From NCBI GenBank assembly GCA_040218735.1, contig JAVJQW010000070.1, forward strand, positions 32,001-96,000: a stretch of 64,000 bases of DNA, read 5' to 3'. The stretch comes from Deltaproteobacteria bacterium (lineage in GTDB: Bacteria > Myxococcota > Kuafuiibacteriia > Kuafuiibacteriales > Kuafuiibacteriaceae). The notes below the pieces were generated by a model, which did no database searches, was not told the DNA's origin, and worked only from the letters and a program-made list of their open reading frames with translations. Every line of letters starts with the position of its first letter. Within the stretch, counting starts at the first letter, position 1. The position numbers were made by a program, and so were the translations under genes. Shown piece after piece: positions 1 through 11,258 of this stretch.

Positions 1-453
1 GAGACCCAAGCGCAGGCGGCGCTGGTCGGCGGCTACGAGGCCGACCACATCGTCGACCTGCTCGACTCGCTGCCGGCGTCGGAGCAGGAGTCGGTGGTCT
101 CGGACCTGGAGTCGACCCGCCCCGACTACGTGCGGCGAAACCTCGGGCAGCTCCCGGTCGAGTCGGCGCTGCTGCGGGTCCCGGACGAGGCGCTCGCGGC
201 GGCGTGGGCGAAGGTGCCGTTCGAGGACTGGCTCGCGTATCTGCGCGTGGCGCCCCAGGACATCCGCGCGCGTGCGCTGCACGTGTGCCCGGCGCGCCTG
301 CGGGAGTCGGTGACCGAGGAGCTCACGCTGCGCGTCGCGGGCGACCCGGTCGCGGGGACGCGCGCGCGCCGCAAGATCATCCAGGCGGCGCTCGGCGCCG
401 TCCCGAGCGGCGCGCTCCTCGACGCACCGCTCCAGGTCCCCGCGAAGACCTGA
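1..453 (+). CDS. FliG C-terminal-like domain protein (5' partial)
   Basis: Frame +1 is open from base 1: ...LVGGYEADHIVDLLDSLPASEQESVVSDLESTRPD...ALLRVPDEAL...IRARALHVCPARLRESVTEEL...ARRKIIQAA. This follows the FliG-C pattern (GG linker, helical ARM repeats, R..EE torque helix, terminal KII). Confidence 0.6.
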   Translation, partial: ETQAQAALVGGYEADHIVDLLDSLPASEQESVVSDLESTRPDYVRRNLGQLPVESALLRVPDEALAAAWAKVPFEDWLAYLRVAPQDIRARALHVCPARLRESVTEELTLRVAGDPVAGTRARRKIIQAALGAVPSGALLDAPLQVPAKT

Positions 454-462
454 GCGCCGACC

Positions 463-486
463 GTTCGAACGTTCGAACGTTCGAAG
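463..486. repeat. Tandem palindromic octamer (GTTCGAAC)x2 + GTTCGAAG
   Basis: Read directly in the intergenic region just after the stop at 453. Confidence 0.75.
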
Positions 487-629
487 TCTCATCCCCCGGC
501 CCTGATTTCGGCGCGCCGGCTCTCTTTTTCCCGGTCTGTGACTTTCGTTACGCGCAGGCCCGCCGATTCCAGTGACGAATGGCCCGTGACGTCACCAACC
601 TGCGCGCCCGCGTGGTACAACAAGAGGTG

Positions 630-1649
630 ATGCAGCGGCTCGCACCCCTCCTGCTCCTCGCCGCCGGCTGCACGATCATCATCAAGCCCAACATCGGGGA
701 CACGCCGGTGCCGGTGCCCATCCCGCTGGTGTGCGCGCCGAGTGAGACCGCGCCGAAGGCGCACATCATCTTCACGATGCGCGTCGAGAAGACGACGGTG
801 AACCTCGCCGAGCACTACGGGCAGTTCATGGTGAACACCACGCTCATGCTCGCGGGGGCCGGGCTGCAGCCGACGTCCGCGGTGCTGCTGCGCGCCGACG
901 AGCGCCCCATCCCGAACGAGGTGATGGGCGCGTGGGGCTGCGACGTCGAGGAGACGCCCGAGTCGCTCCCGCCGACGCAGGTGATTCGGCACTACGCGAT
1001 CAACGCGCCGCTCGAGCCCTCGCCGCTCGGGTGCGCGACCGACAGCGTGCTGAAGGCCGGCGCGTCGATGACCGACGTCCTCACCCAGTACCCGCCGGAG
1101 CTCGGCGGTGAAGACGGCCTGCGTGTGTTCCCGCGCGGCACGCCCGACGTCCTGTTGGTCGTCCACCTCGACGGCCTCCCGCGCCGCACCGGCCTGAACG
1201 ACACCGAGTGCGCCGAAGCCCCGAAGCTCGCGTCCGCGAGCCCCGACGGCGCCGCCGGCTGGGTGGTCTACAACGACGGCGGCATCGCGATGGACCGCGT
1301 CGTCCACTGGTTCATCGCGACCGACGAAGCGATGGACCGCGCGACGTTCGTCGAGCAGTGCCGGCGCTTCGAAGCGTTCCCGACGGACGTCCTCGACGTC
1401 CTCGAGCCCTCGCCTCGCCTTCTGTACGCGCCGATCGCGGAGCAAATCGCAGGCAACGGCGGCCACGCGACCTTCCTCCCCCTGTGCGAGATGCTCGGCG
1501 CGGACGCCGGCTTCTTCAAGGAGCAGGGCGCGCTCATCGGCGGCATCGTCGGCCTCGAGGTCGACCCGGACAAGGTCATCGAAGTCATCGAAAACGGCGG
1601 CGTCGTCCCCGAAGGTGAGATCCCCGACGGCCTCCGTCCGCCGGGCTGA
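630..1649 (+). CDS. Putative lipoprotein, unknown function
   Basis: ATG at 630 gives MQRLAPLLLLAAGC, a lipobox signal. Codon usage is GC3-rich and there are several Cys residues. Confidence 0.7.
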   Translation: MQRLAPLLLLAAGCTIIIKPNIGDTPVPVPIPLVCAPSETAPKAHIIFTMRVEKTTVNLAEHYGQFMVNTTLMLAGAGLQPTSAVLLRADERPIPNEVMGAWGCDVEETPESLPPTQVIRHYAINAPLEPSPLGCATDSVLKAGASMTDVLTQYPPELGGEDGLRVFPRGTPDVLLVVHLDGLPRRTGLNDTECAEAPKLASASPDGAAGWVVYNDGGIAMDRVVHWFIATDEAMDRATFVEQCRRFEAFPTDVLDVLEPSPRLLYAPIAEQIAGNGGHATFLPLCEMLGADAGFFKEQGALIGGIVGLEVDPDKVIEVIENGGVVPEGEIPDGLRPPG

Positions 1650-1652
1650 TTC

Positions 1653-2243
1653 GTGCCCGCCCCGAAGCGACCGCGGCGTCCGCCTCGGCGCCTCGCCCGC
1701 CGCCCCCGACGTCCGCCGCGTGAGCCCACGCGGTGGCCGCTCTTCGCGCTGCTGCTCCTCGTGCCGCTCGCGTTCTACGCCGGCCGAACGACCGCCCCCT
1801 CGCCCGAGATCCCGCCGCCGCCCGAGCCCTCGCCCGAGCCCCCCGCGCTCGCGGTCTCGACGTCGACGGCGGGCCTCTGCCCCTGCCCGAAACCGCCGCC
1901 GCCGCGGAAGCCGGCGAAGCCGAAGAAGCTCACGAAGAAGGCGCCGCCGCCCGTCGTCACGCCGGACTTCGAGCGCGCCGACCCCACGAAGGAGACGGCC
2001 GCGTACCTCAAACGCGCGAGCCGTCGCCTGGCGAAGTGCGCCCCCGCGCACGGCGCGCAGACCCGGGTGCACCTGGAGGTCACGGTCGAACCGAGCGGGA
2101 CGATCACCGTCGTTCACATCACCAACGTCGACCCGGTGCCGGGCGCGATCGCGACGTGCGTCGACCGTGAGATGAAAGCGCTCACGCCCCCCGCGTTCGA
2201 CGCGACCGAGCCCGCGACGTTCGGCCTCACCGTCGTGCTCTGA
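1653..2243 (+). CDS. Single-TM Pro-rich protein with TonB-C/AgmX-PglI-like C-terminal domain
   Basis: Basic N-terminus, TM segment (WPLFALLLLVPLAFYAG), Pro/Lys-rich linker, then LAKC...VHLEVTVEPSGTI...IATCV...ALTPPAF. Confidence 0.65.
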   Translation: MPAPKRPRRPPRRLARRPRRPPREPTRWPLFALLLLVPLAFYAGRTTAPSPEIPPPPEPSPEPPALAVSTSTAGLCPCPKPPPPRKPAKPKKLTKKAPPPVVTPDFERADPTKETAAYLKRASRRLAKCAPAHGAQTRVHLEVTVEPSGTITVVHITNVDPVPGAIATCVDREMKALTPPAFDATEPATFGLTVVL

Positions 2244-2254
2244 GTGACGCGTCG

Positions 2255-3892
2255 GTGTTAGAGTCCATCGCCGTGCGAGCTGTCGTCGCCGCGTTGCTGC
2301 TGTCGATCACGACCGGCTGCGCCCAGGTCGCGTTCGTCGACCCCGACGCCGACCTCAAGGCGCAGCTCGTGATCGAAGAGGCCCAGCGTCTGACCGTGAC
2401 CGACGACCCGCGCGTCTACTTCTTCGTGCGCATCCGCGGGCGCGCCGGCGAGGATCTGATTCGCCTCTCCGCGTCGGGGCCGGACGGCGCGTTCGCCCTG
2501 CCCCTCGACGACGCGCTGCGCCAGGACTGCGGCGTCGGGCAGCGCTGCCTGTCGATCACGCTGCCGCCGGGCATCCCGTCGGGCCTCACCGCGCTGACGC
2601 TGGAGGCCCCCGCGATCGGGCACCGCGACACCACGCAGATCGAAGAGCGCAACCTCAACGCCTATCAGCTCGTCGCGGAGCCCCTCGCCGGCAACGAACA
2701 GGTGCGCCTGCAGATCAACGACCCGATCCGCGCGGCGTTCCCCAACACGGAGCTCGTCGACGGCGAGCGTCAGGTCGAGCTGTTCCCGCGGAAGTTCGAG
2801 ACGATCTGGCGCCCGGGCCCCTGCGGCGATCCGTTCGACGCCACCGCGGACACGTGGAAGGAGGCCGCCGCCCTCCCCGTCACGCTCTCGGCCACCTTCA
2901 GCGAGGACGAAGACCCGTCGGTCTGCCTCGGCGTCCGTCCGAACGCGCCCGACGGCGGGGACACCGTCGCGACGCGCACCGTGGGCGCCCGCGCGGTCAT
3001 CACGACGTTCGACCACACCTACGTGCCACCGACCGAATCGAGCCCGCTGGTCTACCTCACGGTGTTCAACCTGGAGCTGCCGAGCGAAGCGCGCTGCACC
3101 GAGGCGCAGGCGCAGGTGTCCGCGGCGATCCGCGACGCCGCGATCGACATCGCCGCGTCCCTGGAGGGGGCGCCGGTGCTCGAGCTGTCACCGCTCGACC
3201 TCGCGGACCTCGACGGGGAGCCGTGCCGCCAGTACGACGAGCCGTCCTTGGCCGCCGACATCCTGTTCGATCGCATCCGCGCCGACGTCGAGACGGAGTA
3301 CGGCCCGACCCGTCAGGTGCGCGCCGTGATCGTCTACGTGACGAACCTCCGTATCGAGATGCCGGAGGGGCTCTCGCAGGACTTCGCCCAGCTGAGGAAC
3401 CAGTTCGATCTGTCCGACACGATGCGCGACTTCGTCGTCGCGATCGCACCGATGGAGGCCCACGAGGGCCTCGACACCGACGAGACGCTCCCCTGGCTCG
3501 CCACCGAGGAGCCGACGTTCCGCACGTCGATCCGGAGCCTCCTCGCGACGTCGTGGCCGTTCAAGACGATGATCCACTCGCAGAACACCATCGTCCCGCT
3601 CACCGGCGAAGACGACGCGACGCGCTTTCAGTACTACCGCGTCTGCCAAGCGAGCGTCGGTGCGCTGTTCCCGCTCGGCGAGCCGCTCCCCGACGCCAAC
3701 GCGCTGATCCCGCCCCCGAGCGGGCCGGCCTACCGCGTCGACCTCCCCGGGCAGACGCTCGAGCCCGCCATCGACTATACGTCGCCGATCATCGCGTTGA
3801 GGTGGCAGGGCTGCGAGGCGCTCTGCGACCGTCCGCCCCCCTCCGCGCTCCCCGGCAACGACACGGCGTGGCTACTCCAGGAGGGGTGTTGA
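2255..3892 (+). CDS. Putative lipoprotein (545 aa)
   Basis: Signal ALLLSITTGC, acidic and Cys-containing. The stop overlaps the next ATG. The start may be at 2273. Confidence 0.7.
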   Translation: MLESIAVRAVVAALLLSITTGCAQVAFVDPDADLKAQLVIEEAQRLTVTDDPRVYFFVRIRGRAGEDLIRLSASGPDGAFALPLDDALRQDCGVGQRCLSITLPPGIPSGLTALTLEAPAIGHRDTTQIEERNLNAYQLVAEPLAGNEQVRLQINDPIRAAFPNTELVDGERQVELFPRKFETIWRPGPCGDPFDATADTWKEAAALPVTLSATFSEDEDPSVCLGVRPNAPDGGDTVATRTVGARAVITTFDHTYVPPTESSPLVYLTVFNLELPSEARCTEAQAQVSAAIRDAAIDIAASLEGAPVLELSPLDLADLDGEPCRQYDEPSLAADILFDRIRADVETEYGPTRQVRAVIVYVTNLRIEMPEGLSQDFAQLRNQFDLSDTMRDFVVAIAPMEAHEGLDTDETLPWLATEEPTFRTSIRSLLATSWPFKTMIHSQNTIVPLTGEDDATRFQYYRVCQASVGALFPLGEPLPDANALIPPPSGPAYRVDLPGQTLEPAIDYTSPIIALRWQGCEALCDRPPPSALPGNDTAWLLQEGC

Positions 3893-4557
3893 TGCGGGGG
3901 GTGATCGTCGCGGGTGTCACGCTCCTCGCGTCGACGGCGTCGGCCGCACCGCCGCCCGTGCCCTGGGAGGTGACCGGCACGTCGTCGACCGCGGCGGTCT
4001 CGGTGGAGCCGGACACCGCGCACCGTGTCGAGCGTCGTTTCTTCGAGAAGCAGGATCACTTCCTGGTGAAGACCGGCTTTTCGTACCTGTCGCGGGGGGA
4101 CTTCTATTCGAACCCCGGCGTCTCGATCGATCTGTCCTGGTACCCGCTGGAGTTCTTCGCGATCGACTTCGTGTCCTCGACGATCTTCTTCTCGCAGCTC
4201 AACAACACCGCCACCGAGCTCCGCGAGACGTTCGGTCTGCTTCCCGACAGCCAGAAGCCATACGCACGCGTGACGGCAGGCGGGCGGTTTGCGTTTGCCT
4301 ACGGCAAGGTCCTCATCGAGGAGCTCGGCGAAGTCGTCCACCTCGACGCGAGCGTCGGACTCCACCTCGGCGTCCTCGCGACCGACCGCGCGGTGAACCT
4401 CGGCGGCGACACCGGCCTCACGTTCCAGGCCGCTGTGTTCGAGCGGTTCGTGGTGTGGTTCGACTTCTCGTGGTTCCTCAGCTTCGAGGAGCGCTCCGAC
4501 GAAGGGACCGTCGCGTCCGGCCCGATGGGCACGGTGGGGTTGGGTCTGAAGCTTTGA
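3892..4557 (+). CDS. Outer-membrane beta-barrel protein (myxobacterial GltA/B/H-like type)
   Basis: Signal peptide (ASTASA), VERRFFEK motif, amphipathic beta strands, FAYGK motif and C-terminal VGLGLKL beta-signal. ATG at 3892. Confidence 0.7.
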   Translation: MRGVIVAGVTLLASTASAAPPPVPWEVTGTSSTAAVSVEPDTAHRVERRFFEKQDHFLVKTGFSYLSRGDFYSNPGVSIDLSWYPLEFFAIDFVSSTIFFSQLNNTATELRETFGLLPDSQKPYARVTAGGRFAFAYGKVLIEELGEVVHLDASVGLHLGVLATDRAVNLGGDTGLTFQAAVFERFVVWFDFSWFLSFEERSDEGTVASGPMGTVGLGLKL

Positions 4558-6422
4558 TCGCGTTGTGGGTCACGCTCGTAGCCGCGAGCCCGGTCGGCGG
4601 CGTGAGCACACCGACCGACGACGTCACGGTCGTGGAGCGCTTCCTCGCCGGGGATCTCGTCACGCTCCGCCGGGCCACCGTGTTGCGCGCGGCGGCCGGA
4701 GAGCGCGTGGACGTGGGGCTCCTCGCGCTCCTCAACGACTACGCGCGGCTCGTGCGCTGTCGCCCGATCGATCCCCTGCCCGCGGACGAACGTGAGCCGT
4801 ACCGGACCGTGCGCAAGCTCGTGCGGTTGGAGCGCGTGCGGCTCGAACGCCTCGTCCGCGACCGCGCGCACCGCGGCTCGACGCTCGTGCACCTGCTGGG
4901 GCCCGAGCGGCTCTATCAGCTCGCCGAGGCCGAGGACCGGCGCGTGATTCGGTGGCCGATCGAAGCCGAGACCTGGCCCGGAGAGATCCTCGCGCCGACC
5001 TCCGCGGAGCCCGACTGCCCCTCGATCGCCGGTGGGAAGAAGGAGCGCCCGGAGGCGGTGCACCGGGAGCACCGCCGGCTCCGCATCAACGCGGAGCGGA
5101 GCGGCGTGGCCGACCTGCTCGACCACTTCGACCAGCTCCCCGATCGCACCGCGTCGCGCGTCGCGCTGACGTACCTCGCCGACGCCGAGGGGGTGGCGGG
5201 GTTCGCGATCAACGCGCGCTGGCGGCGCGTGCTGGAGGCGACCGTGGCGCGGAGCCCGGACGACGTGCGTCCCGCCGCGCGGTTGTTACTCGCGAAGATC
5301 GCAGAGCGCAGTAACGACGGCGCGGAGGTGGAGCGCCTCTATCGCGCGTTGCTCGCGGACCCCGCCCGGAGCGCCGCGCAGGACAGCCGCGCGCGGGTGC
5401 GTCTGGTTAAACGACTCGAGCCGCAGTGGACGGCGATCCTCGACGTCATCCGCGGCGCCGAGAAGATCCGGCCGGCGGACGAACCGGTGCTGATCAACGC
5501 GGAGGCGCGTGCGCTCTACAGTCTGGGGGAGACGGAGCAGCTCATGACGCTCGGCCGACGCCTCGTGCAGCGTGAGGATCTATGGCGGGGAGCGAACGAC
5601 GGACAGCTCGGGCCGTTCATCCTGCAGACCAACGAGCTGCTCACGCTCCTCGCGCTGGACCTGTCGCCGTCGCGCGCGATCGCGTGGCTGGACGAGATCG
5701 CGATCGCCGGAGACGAAGCGCGGTCGGAGCGGCTGGAGCAGCTCGCGGAGCGCGCGCGCGAGCGTCGGGACTTCGAGCTCGCCGTGGCGCTGTACGATCG
5801 GCGCCGAGCCGAGGTCCTCGAAGGCCTCACGCGGCGCGGCCCCCGCGCGGCGGCGAAGGACGCGGAGCTGATCGGGCGGCGTGCGTATATCGAGTACGAC
5901 CGCGAGGACGTCGAGGCGTTCGCGGGGTTCGTCGACGCGCTGGTCGGGCTCGCGACCACCGAGCAGGGACGACCGATCGCGAGGTACGCGCCGCACAAGG
6001 CGATCGCGCGGCTGACACAGGACCTCCTCGGGCGCCTCACCGACGACGTGAAGGATGATCCAGAACGTGAGAAGTTCGCTGCGGTTCTGCTCGACGCGGG
6101 CACGAAGCTCACGGTGCAGCCGTCGCGCTATCGGCGCGTGCTGGAGCGCTTCCAACCGGACCTGATTCGCCTCGCAGGGAAGTGGGCCCAGGGCCGCGTC
6201 GCGAAGCCGGACGCGAAGAAGACCAAACGCAAGAAGGCCAAGCCGGTGAAGCAGCTCGGGCAGGTCGTGGTGCAGCGCCTCCCGCCGAGCCTCGAAGCCC
6301 CGGACCACGCGACGCCCGTGCCTGCGGTCGCGACGTTCCTCATGTACCCGACCCCCGAGGGCGCGTGGCGTGAAGGTGCGCCGTGGATGTCGCTCGTGCC
6401 CAAGAAGAAGAAGTCGAGGTGA
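4554..6422 (+). CDS. Exported helical/TPR-like protein
   Basis: Probable TTG start overlapping the upstream stop. Hydrophobic N-terminus and TPR-like helices (ARLLLAKIAE, DFELAVALYD). Confidence 0.55.
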   Translation: MIALWVTLVAASPVGGVSTPTDDVTVVERFLAGDLVTLRRATVLRAAAGERVDVGLLALLNDYARLVRCRPIDPLPADEREPYRTVRKLVRLERVRLERLVRDRAHRGSTLVHLLGPERLYQLAEAEDRRVIRWPIEAETWPGEILAPTSAEPDCPSIAGGKKERPEAVHREHRRLRINAERSGVADLLDHFDQLPDRTASRVALTYLADAEGVAGFAINARWRRVLEATVARSPDDVRPAARLLLAKIAERSNDGAEVERLYRALLADPARSAAQDSRARVRLVKRLEPQWTAILDVIRGAEKIRPADEPVLINAEARALYSLGETEQLMTLGRRLVQREDLWRGANDGQLGPFILQTNELLTLLALDLSPSRAIAWLDEIAIAGDEARSERLEQLAERARERRDFELAVALYDRRRAEVLEGLTRRGPRAAAKDAELIGRRAYIEYDREDVEAFAGFVDALVGLATTEQGRPIARYAPHKAIARLTQDLLGRLTDDVKDDPEREKFAAVLLDAGTKLTVQPSRYRRVLERFQPDLIRLAGKWAQGRVAKPDAKKTKRKKAKPVKQLGQVVVQRLPPSLEAPDHATPVPAVATFLMYPTPEGAWREGAPWMSLVPKKKKSR

Positions 6423-7021
6423 GCCGCGCGCACCCGACCTCCCCGCGCTGCGTGGGGTGCCGGATGGTCGTGGGGTACTGCATCTGCGACGCCATCGTCC
6501 CGATCGAGACCGAGACGCGCGTCGTGCTGATCGTCCACTGGATGGAGTGGAACAAGACGACGACCACCTCCGCGCTGCTGAACCGCGTGCTCGTCGACGC
6601 CGAGGTGAAGAAACGTGGCCACCGCGAAGCGCCGCTCGACCTCTCGGAGGTCCTCGACGATCCGACGCGGCGCGCCGTGTTGCTCTACCCCAGCGAGGAC
6701 GCCGTCCCCCTCGACGCCTTCGAACACGACGGCCCCCTGACCCTGATCGTCCCGGACGGCACGTGGCGCCAGGCCCGCAAGGTGCGGTCGCGGGTGCCAC
6801 GCCTCGACACGGTCCCGGCCGTCACGCTCCCGATCGGGGCGGCCTCGGGTTATCGGGTCCGCAAGAACGTCCGGGGGGACTTCGCGCTGTCCACGGCGGA
6901 GGCCGTGGCGCGGGCGCTCGGGATCTTGGAGGGGGCGGCGGTGGAGGCGGCCGTGATGCAGCCGTTCTCGCAGATGGTCGAGCAGACGATGCGGATGCGC
7001 GGCCGTGAACTTCGCGAGTGA
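6419..7021 (+). CDS. DTW-domain tRNA-uridine aminocarboxypropyltransferase (TapT/YfiP family)
   Basis: CxxC...CIC N-terminus, LLYP, LIVPDGTWRQA (DTW motif) and LSTAEA. GTGA overlap at the start. Confidence 0.88.
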   Translation: MSRAHPTSPRCVGCRMVVGYCICDAIVPIETETRVVLIVHWMEWNKTTTTSALLNRVLVDAEVKKRGHREAPLDLSEVLDDPTRRAVLLYPSEDAVPLDAFEHDGPLTLIVPDGTWRQARKVRSRVPRLDTVPAVTLPIGAASGYRVRKNVRGDFALSTAEAVARALGILEGAAVEAAVMQPFSQMVEQTMRMRGRELRE

Positions 7022-7749
7022 CACCCGAACGTTTCGAAGGTAGGATATTTACACACGTGGCCGTCACCGGGTTGTCGAAGTACCTGTTCCGTCCGGTCGA
7101 AGACGTCGTCCGCGACCTCTCCGCGCTCCCCGTCGCCGAGCAGGAAGCGACGATCGCCCAGCTCCTGGAGGCCAGCGAGCACACCGCGGAGATCGGCGAA
7201 GTCGCGATGAGCGCCCTCGGGCTCGACGACGGCAAGCTCCTGGAGCTCGCGCTGGAGGAGCCGTGGCGGTCGGGGGTGATCGGGGAGCGCTCCCTGGTCG
7301 GCGTTCGGACCGCGCAGAACGCCGCCGCGACCCTCACGAAGGCGCAGGAGGCGCAGCTTCTCTCCCTCGGCGTCGGCAAACACGACTTCGGGCTGTTCCT
7401 CATGGGGCGCCCGGTCCTCTTCGAGATGCCGGCGGTGACCGATACCCAGGAGGCGCTCGGCGGGTTCGTGAAGCTCACGGACGACGCCATCGCGAGCGGC
7501 ATCATCCTGGTGAAGGACCAGGGTGGCGGCGCCACGTCGTTGTTTGCGTTCCGGAAGCGGACGTTCGAGGTCGCCCGCGCCTTCGACCGCCCCCACGTCG
7601 ACTTCCTCGGCTGTGAGATCAAGAATCATCGCCTAGGAAGGCTTCTGGCTCGCCAGGGGTTCGAACCGGCGACGGTCGACGTCCCCGAAGATCTCGGCGG
7701 GGGCACGATGGCCGTCATGCACAAGCGCTACGATACGAGGGACTCATGA
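7018..7749 (+). CDS. Hypothetical protein, possible polymorphic-toxin-like/GNAT-like C-terminal domain
   Basis: 243-aa ORF coupled on both sides. C-terminus EIKNHRLGRLLARQGF...VPEDLGGG resembles a GNAT motif-B pattern. Confidence 0.45.
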   Translation: MTPERFEGRIFTHVAVTGLSKYLFRPVEDVVRDLSALPVAEQEATIAQLLEASEHTAEIGEVAMSALGLDDGKLLELALEEPWRSGVIGERSLVGVRTAQNAAATLTKAQEAQLLSLGVGKHDFGLFLMGRPVLFEMPAVTDTQEALGGFVKLTDDAIASGIILVKDQGGGATSLFAFRKRTFEVARAFDRPHVDFLGCEIKNHRLGRLLARQGFEPATVDVPEDLGGGTMAVMHKRYDTRDS

Positions 7750-7988
7750 GCTACGACCGCAGACGCTACGAAAAGCTCATAGCCGGCGGCGCCGACGCCG
7801 CGGCGGTCTACCGCGTGGCGCGCGCCGACGGTCTCGCGACCGGCCCCTGCATGCGGCTCCTGCGCGAGCTGTTCGATCTCGGCGTGGGCGACGCGAAGGA
7901 AGTCATGCTGGTCGCCGACGGCGTCGCCGCCTCGCGTGACGCCCACGAAGGCCGCATCGCCGACGCCCTCGAGAAGGCGTTCGACTGA
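7746..7988 (+). CDS. Small helical protein, possible immunity protein
   Basis: ATGA overlap. 80 aa with VYRVARADGL...RLLRELFDLGVGDAKEV, an L7/L12-CTD-like helix pair. Confidence 0.5.
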   Translation: MSYDRRRYEKLIAGGADAAAVYRVARADGLATGPCMRLLRELFDLGVGDAKEVMLVADGVAASRDAHEGRIADALEKAFD

Positions 7989-7994
7989 CGCCGC

Positions 7995-10232
<2,238 letters not shown>

Positions 10233-10234
10233 GG

Positions 10235-10870
10235 TCAGGTCAGGTCCGACACGTCACCGGCACCCTCGCGGATGACGACAGGTGCGTCGTCTGACCAGTC
10301 GATGACGCTCGACGACGTCACGGGCACCAGCCCCGCGTCCACCACGACCCCGATCCCCGCGGCTGAAAAGGCCTGAGCGAGCTCGGCGGGATCCGAGATC
10401 GCCCCTTCGTCCTCCCCCGGCGGGATCGCGCTGGTCGACAGCATCGGCCGCCCGAGCGCCTCCACGAGCGCGAGCGCGACCGGGTGGTTCGGCATCCGGA
10501 CGCCGACGGTGCGCCGCTTCGACTGGCCCAGGCGCGGCGCCTCCCGCGTCGCCCGCAGGATGAACGTGTAGGGTCCCGGCAGCACCCGGCGCATGAAGCG
10601 GTGACACTCGTCGTCGACGATCGCGTACTGGCTCACCTGCGACAGGCTCGAACAGATCAGCGACAGCGGCTTCTTCTTGTCGAGTCGACGCATCGAGTAC
10701 ATCCGCTCGACCGCCGCGCGTTCGTCGAGGGCGGCGCCCAACCCGTAGACCGTGTCCGTCGGGTAGATGATGACCTGCCCCGAATCGAGGAGCGCCACCG
10801 CCGACTTCAAGCGGTTCGGCTCCGGCCGTTCGGGGTGCACCTCGACGCGTGTGACTCGTGACTTCGCCAA
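10235..10870 (-). CDS. Sua5/YciO/YrdC family protein
   Basis: IIYPTDTVYGLG, KPLSLIC, LPGPYTFIL, VGVRMP, STSA, IREGAG. Probable TTG start at 10870. Confidence 0.9.
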   Translation of the reverse strand: MAKSRVTRVEVHPERPEPNRLKSAVALLDSGQVIIYPTDTVYGLGAALDERAAVERMYSMRRLDKKKPLSLICSSLSQVSQYAIVDDECHRFMRRVLPGPYTFILRATREAPRLGQSKRRTVGVRMPNHPVALALVEALGRPMLSTSAIPPGEDEGAISDPAELAQAFSAAGIGVVVDAGLVPVTSSSVIDWSDDAPVVIREGAGDVSDLT

Positions 10871-10923
10871 GAACGGCGCGGCGTTAGCACACCGTAGGGC
10901 CCGTGGCGAGCCTGCACGACGTC

Positions 10924-10953
10924 TTGACACAAGGGCCGCCGAATCCCTACAAA
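10924..10953 (+). promoter_or_regulatory. Possible sigma70 promoter
   Basis: TTGACA (10924-10929), 18-nt spacer, TACAAA, upstream of the small ORF at 11003. Confidence 0.35.
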
Positions 10954-11002
10954 GCCTACCTTAGCGGGGACGATGGACGGGCTGGGAGCAATGCTGGAGG
11001 TC

Positions 11003-11191
11003 ATGACGTCGAAGACGACGGCCTCGGAGCGCTACGTCGACCCGACGGTGCGTGTCAGCACCGACCTCCTCCGCGAGGCGAGCCGCCTCTGCCCGGACGC
11101 CGACGCCGACACGGTCGTGCGGCGCGCGCTCGAGGAGTTCATCGAGCGGCAGCGCTTCCTCAGCTGGGTCGCCGCACACGAAGACAGCTGA
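11003..11191 (+). CDS. Small ribbon-helix-helix / VapB-like protein
   Basis: GGAGG then ATG at 11003. TVRVSTDLLREA...DTVVRRALEEFIERQR fits the RHH antitoxin pattern. Confidence 0.55.
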   Translation: MTSKTTASERYVDPTVRVSTDLLREASRLCPDADADTVVRRALEEFIERQRFLSWVAAHEDS

Positions 11192-11258
11192 CCCGTCGGC
11201 GAACTTGCCTTCGCCACCCCTTGACCCCGACCCCGATCGAGAGTGTTTACGTCGACCC

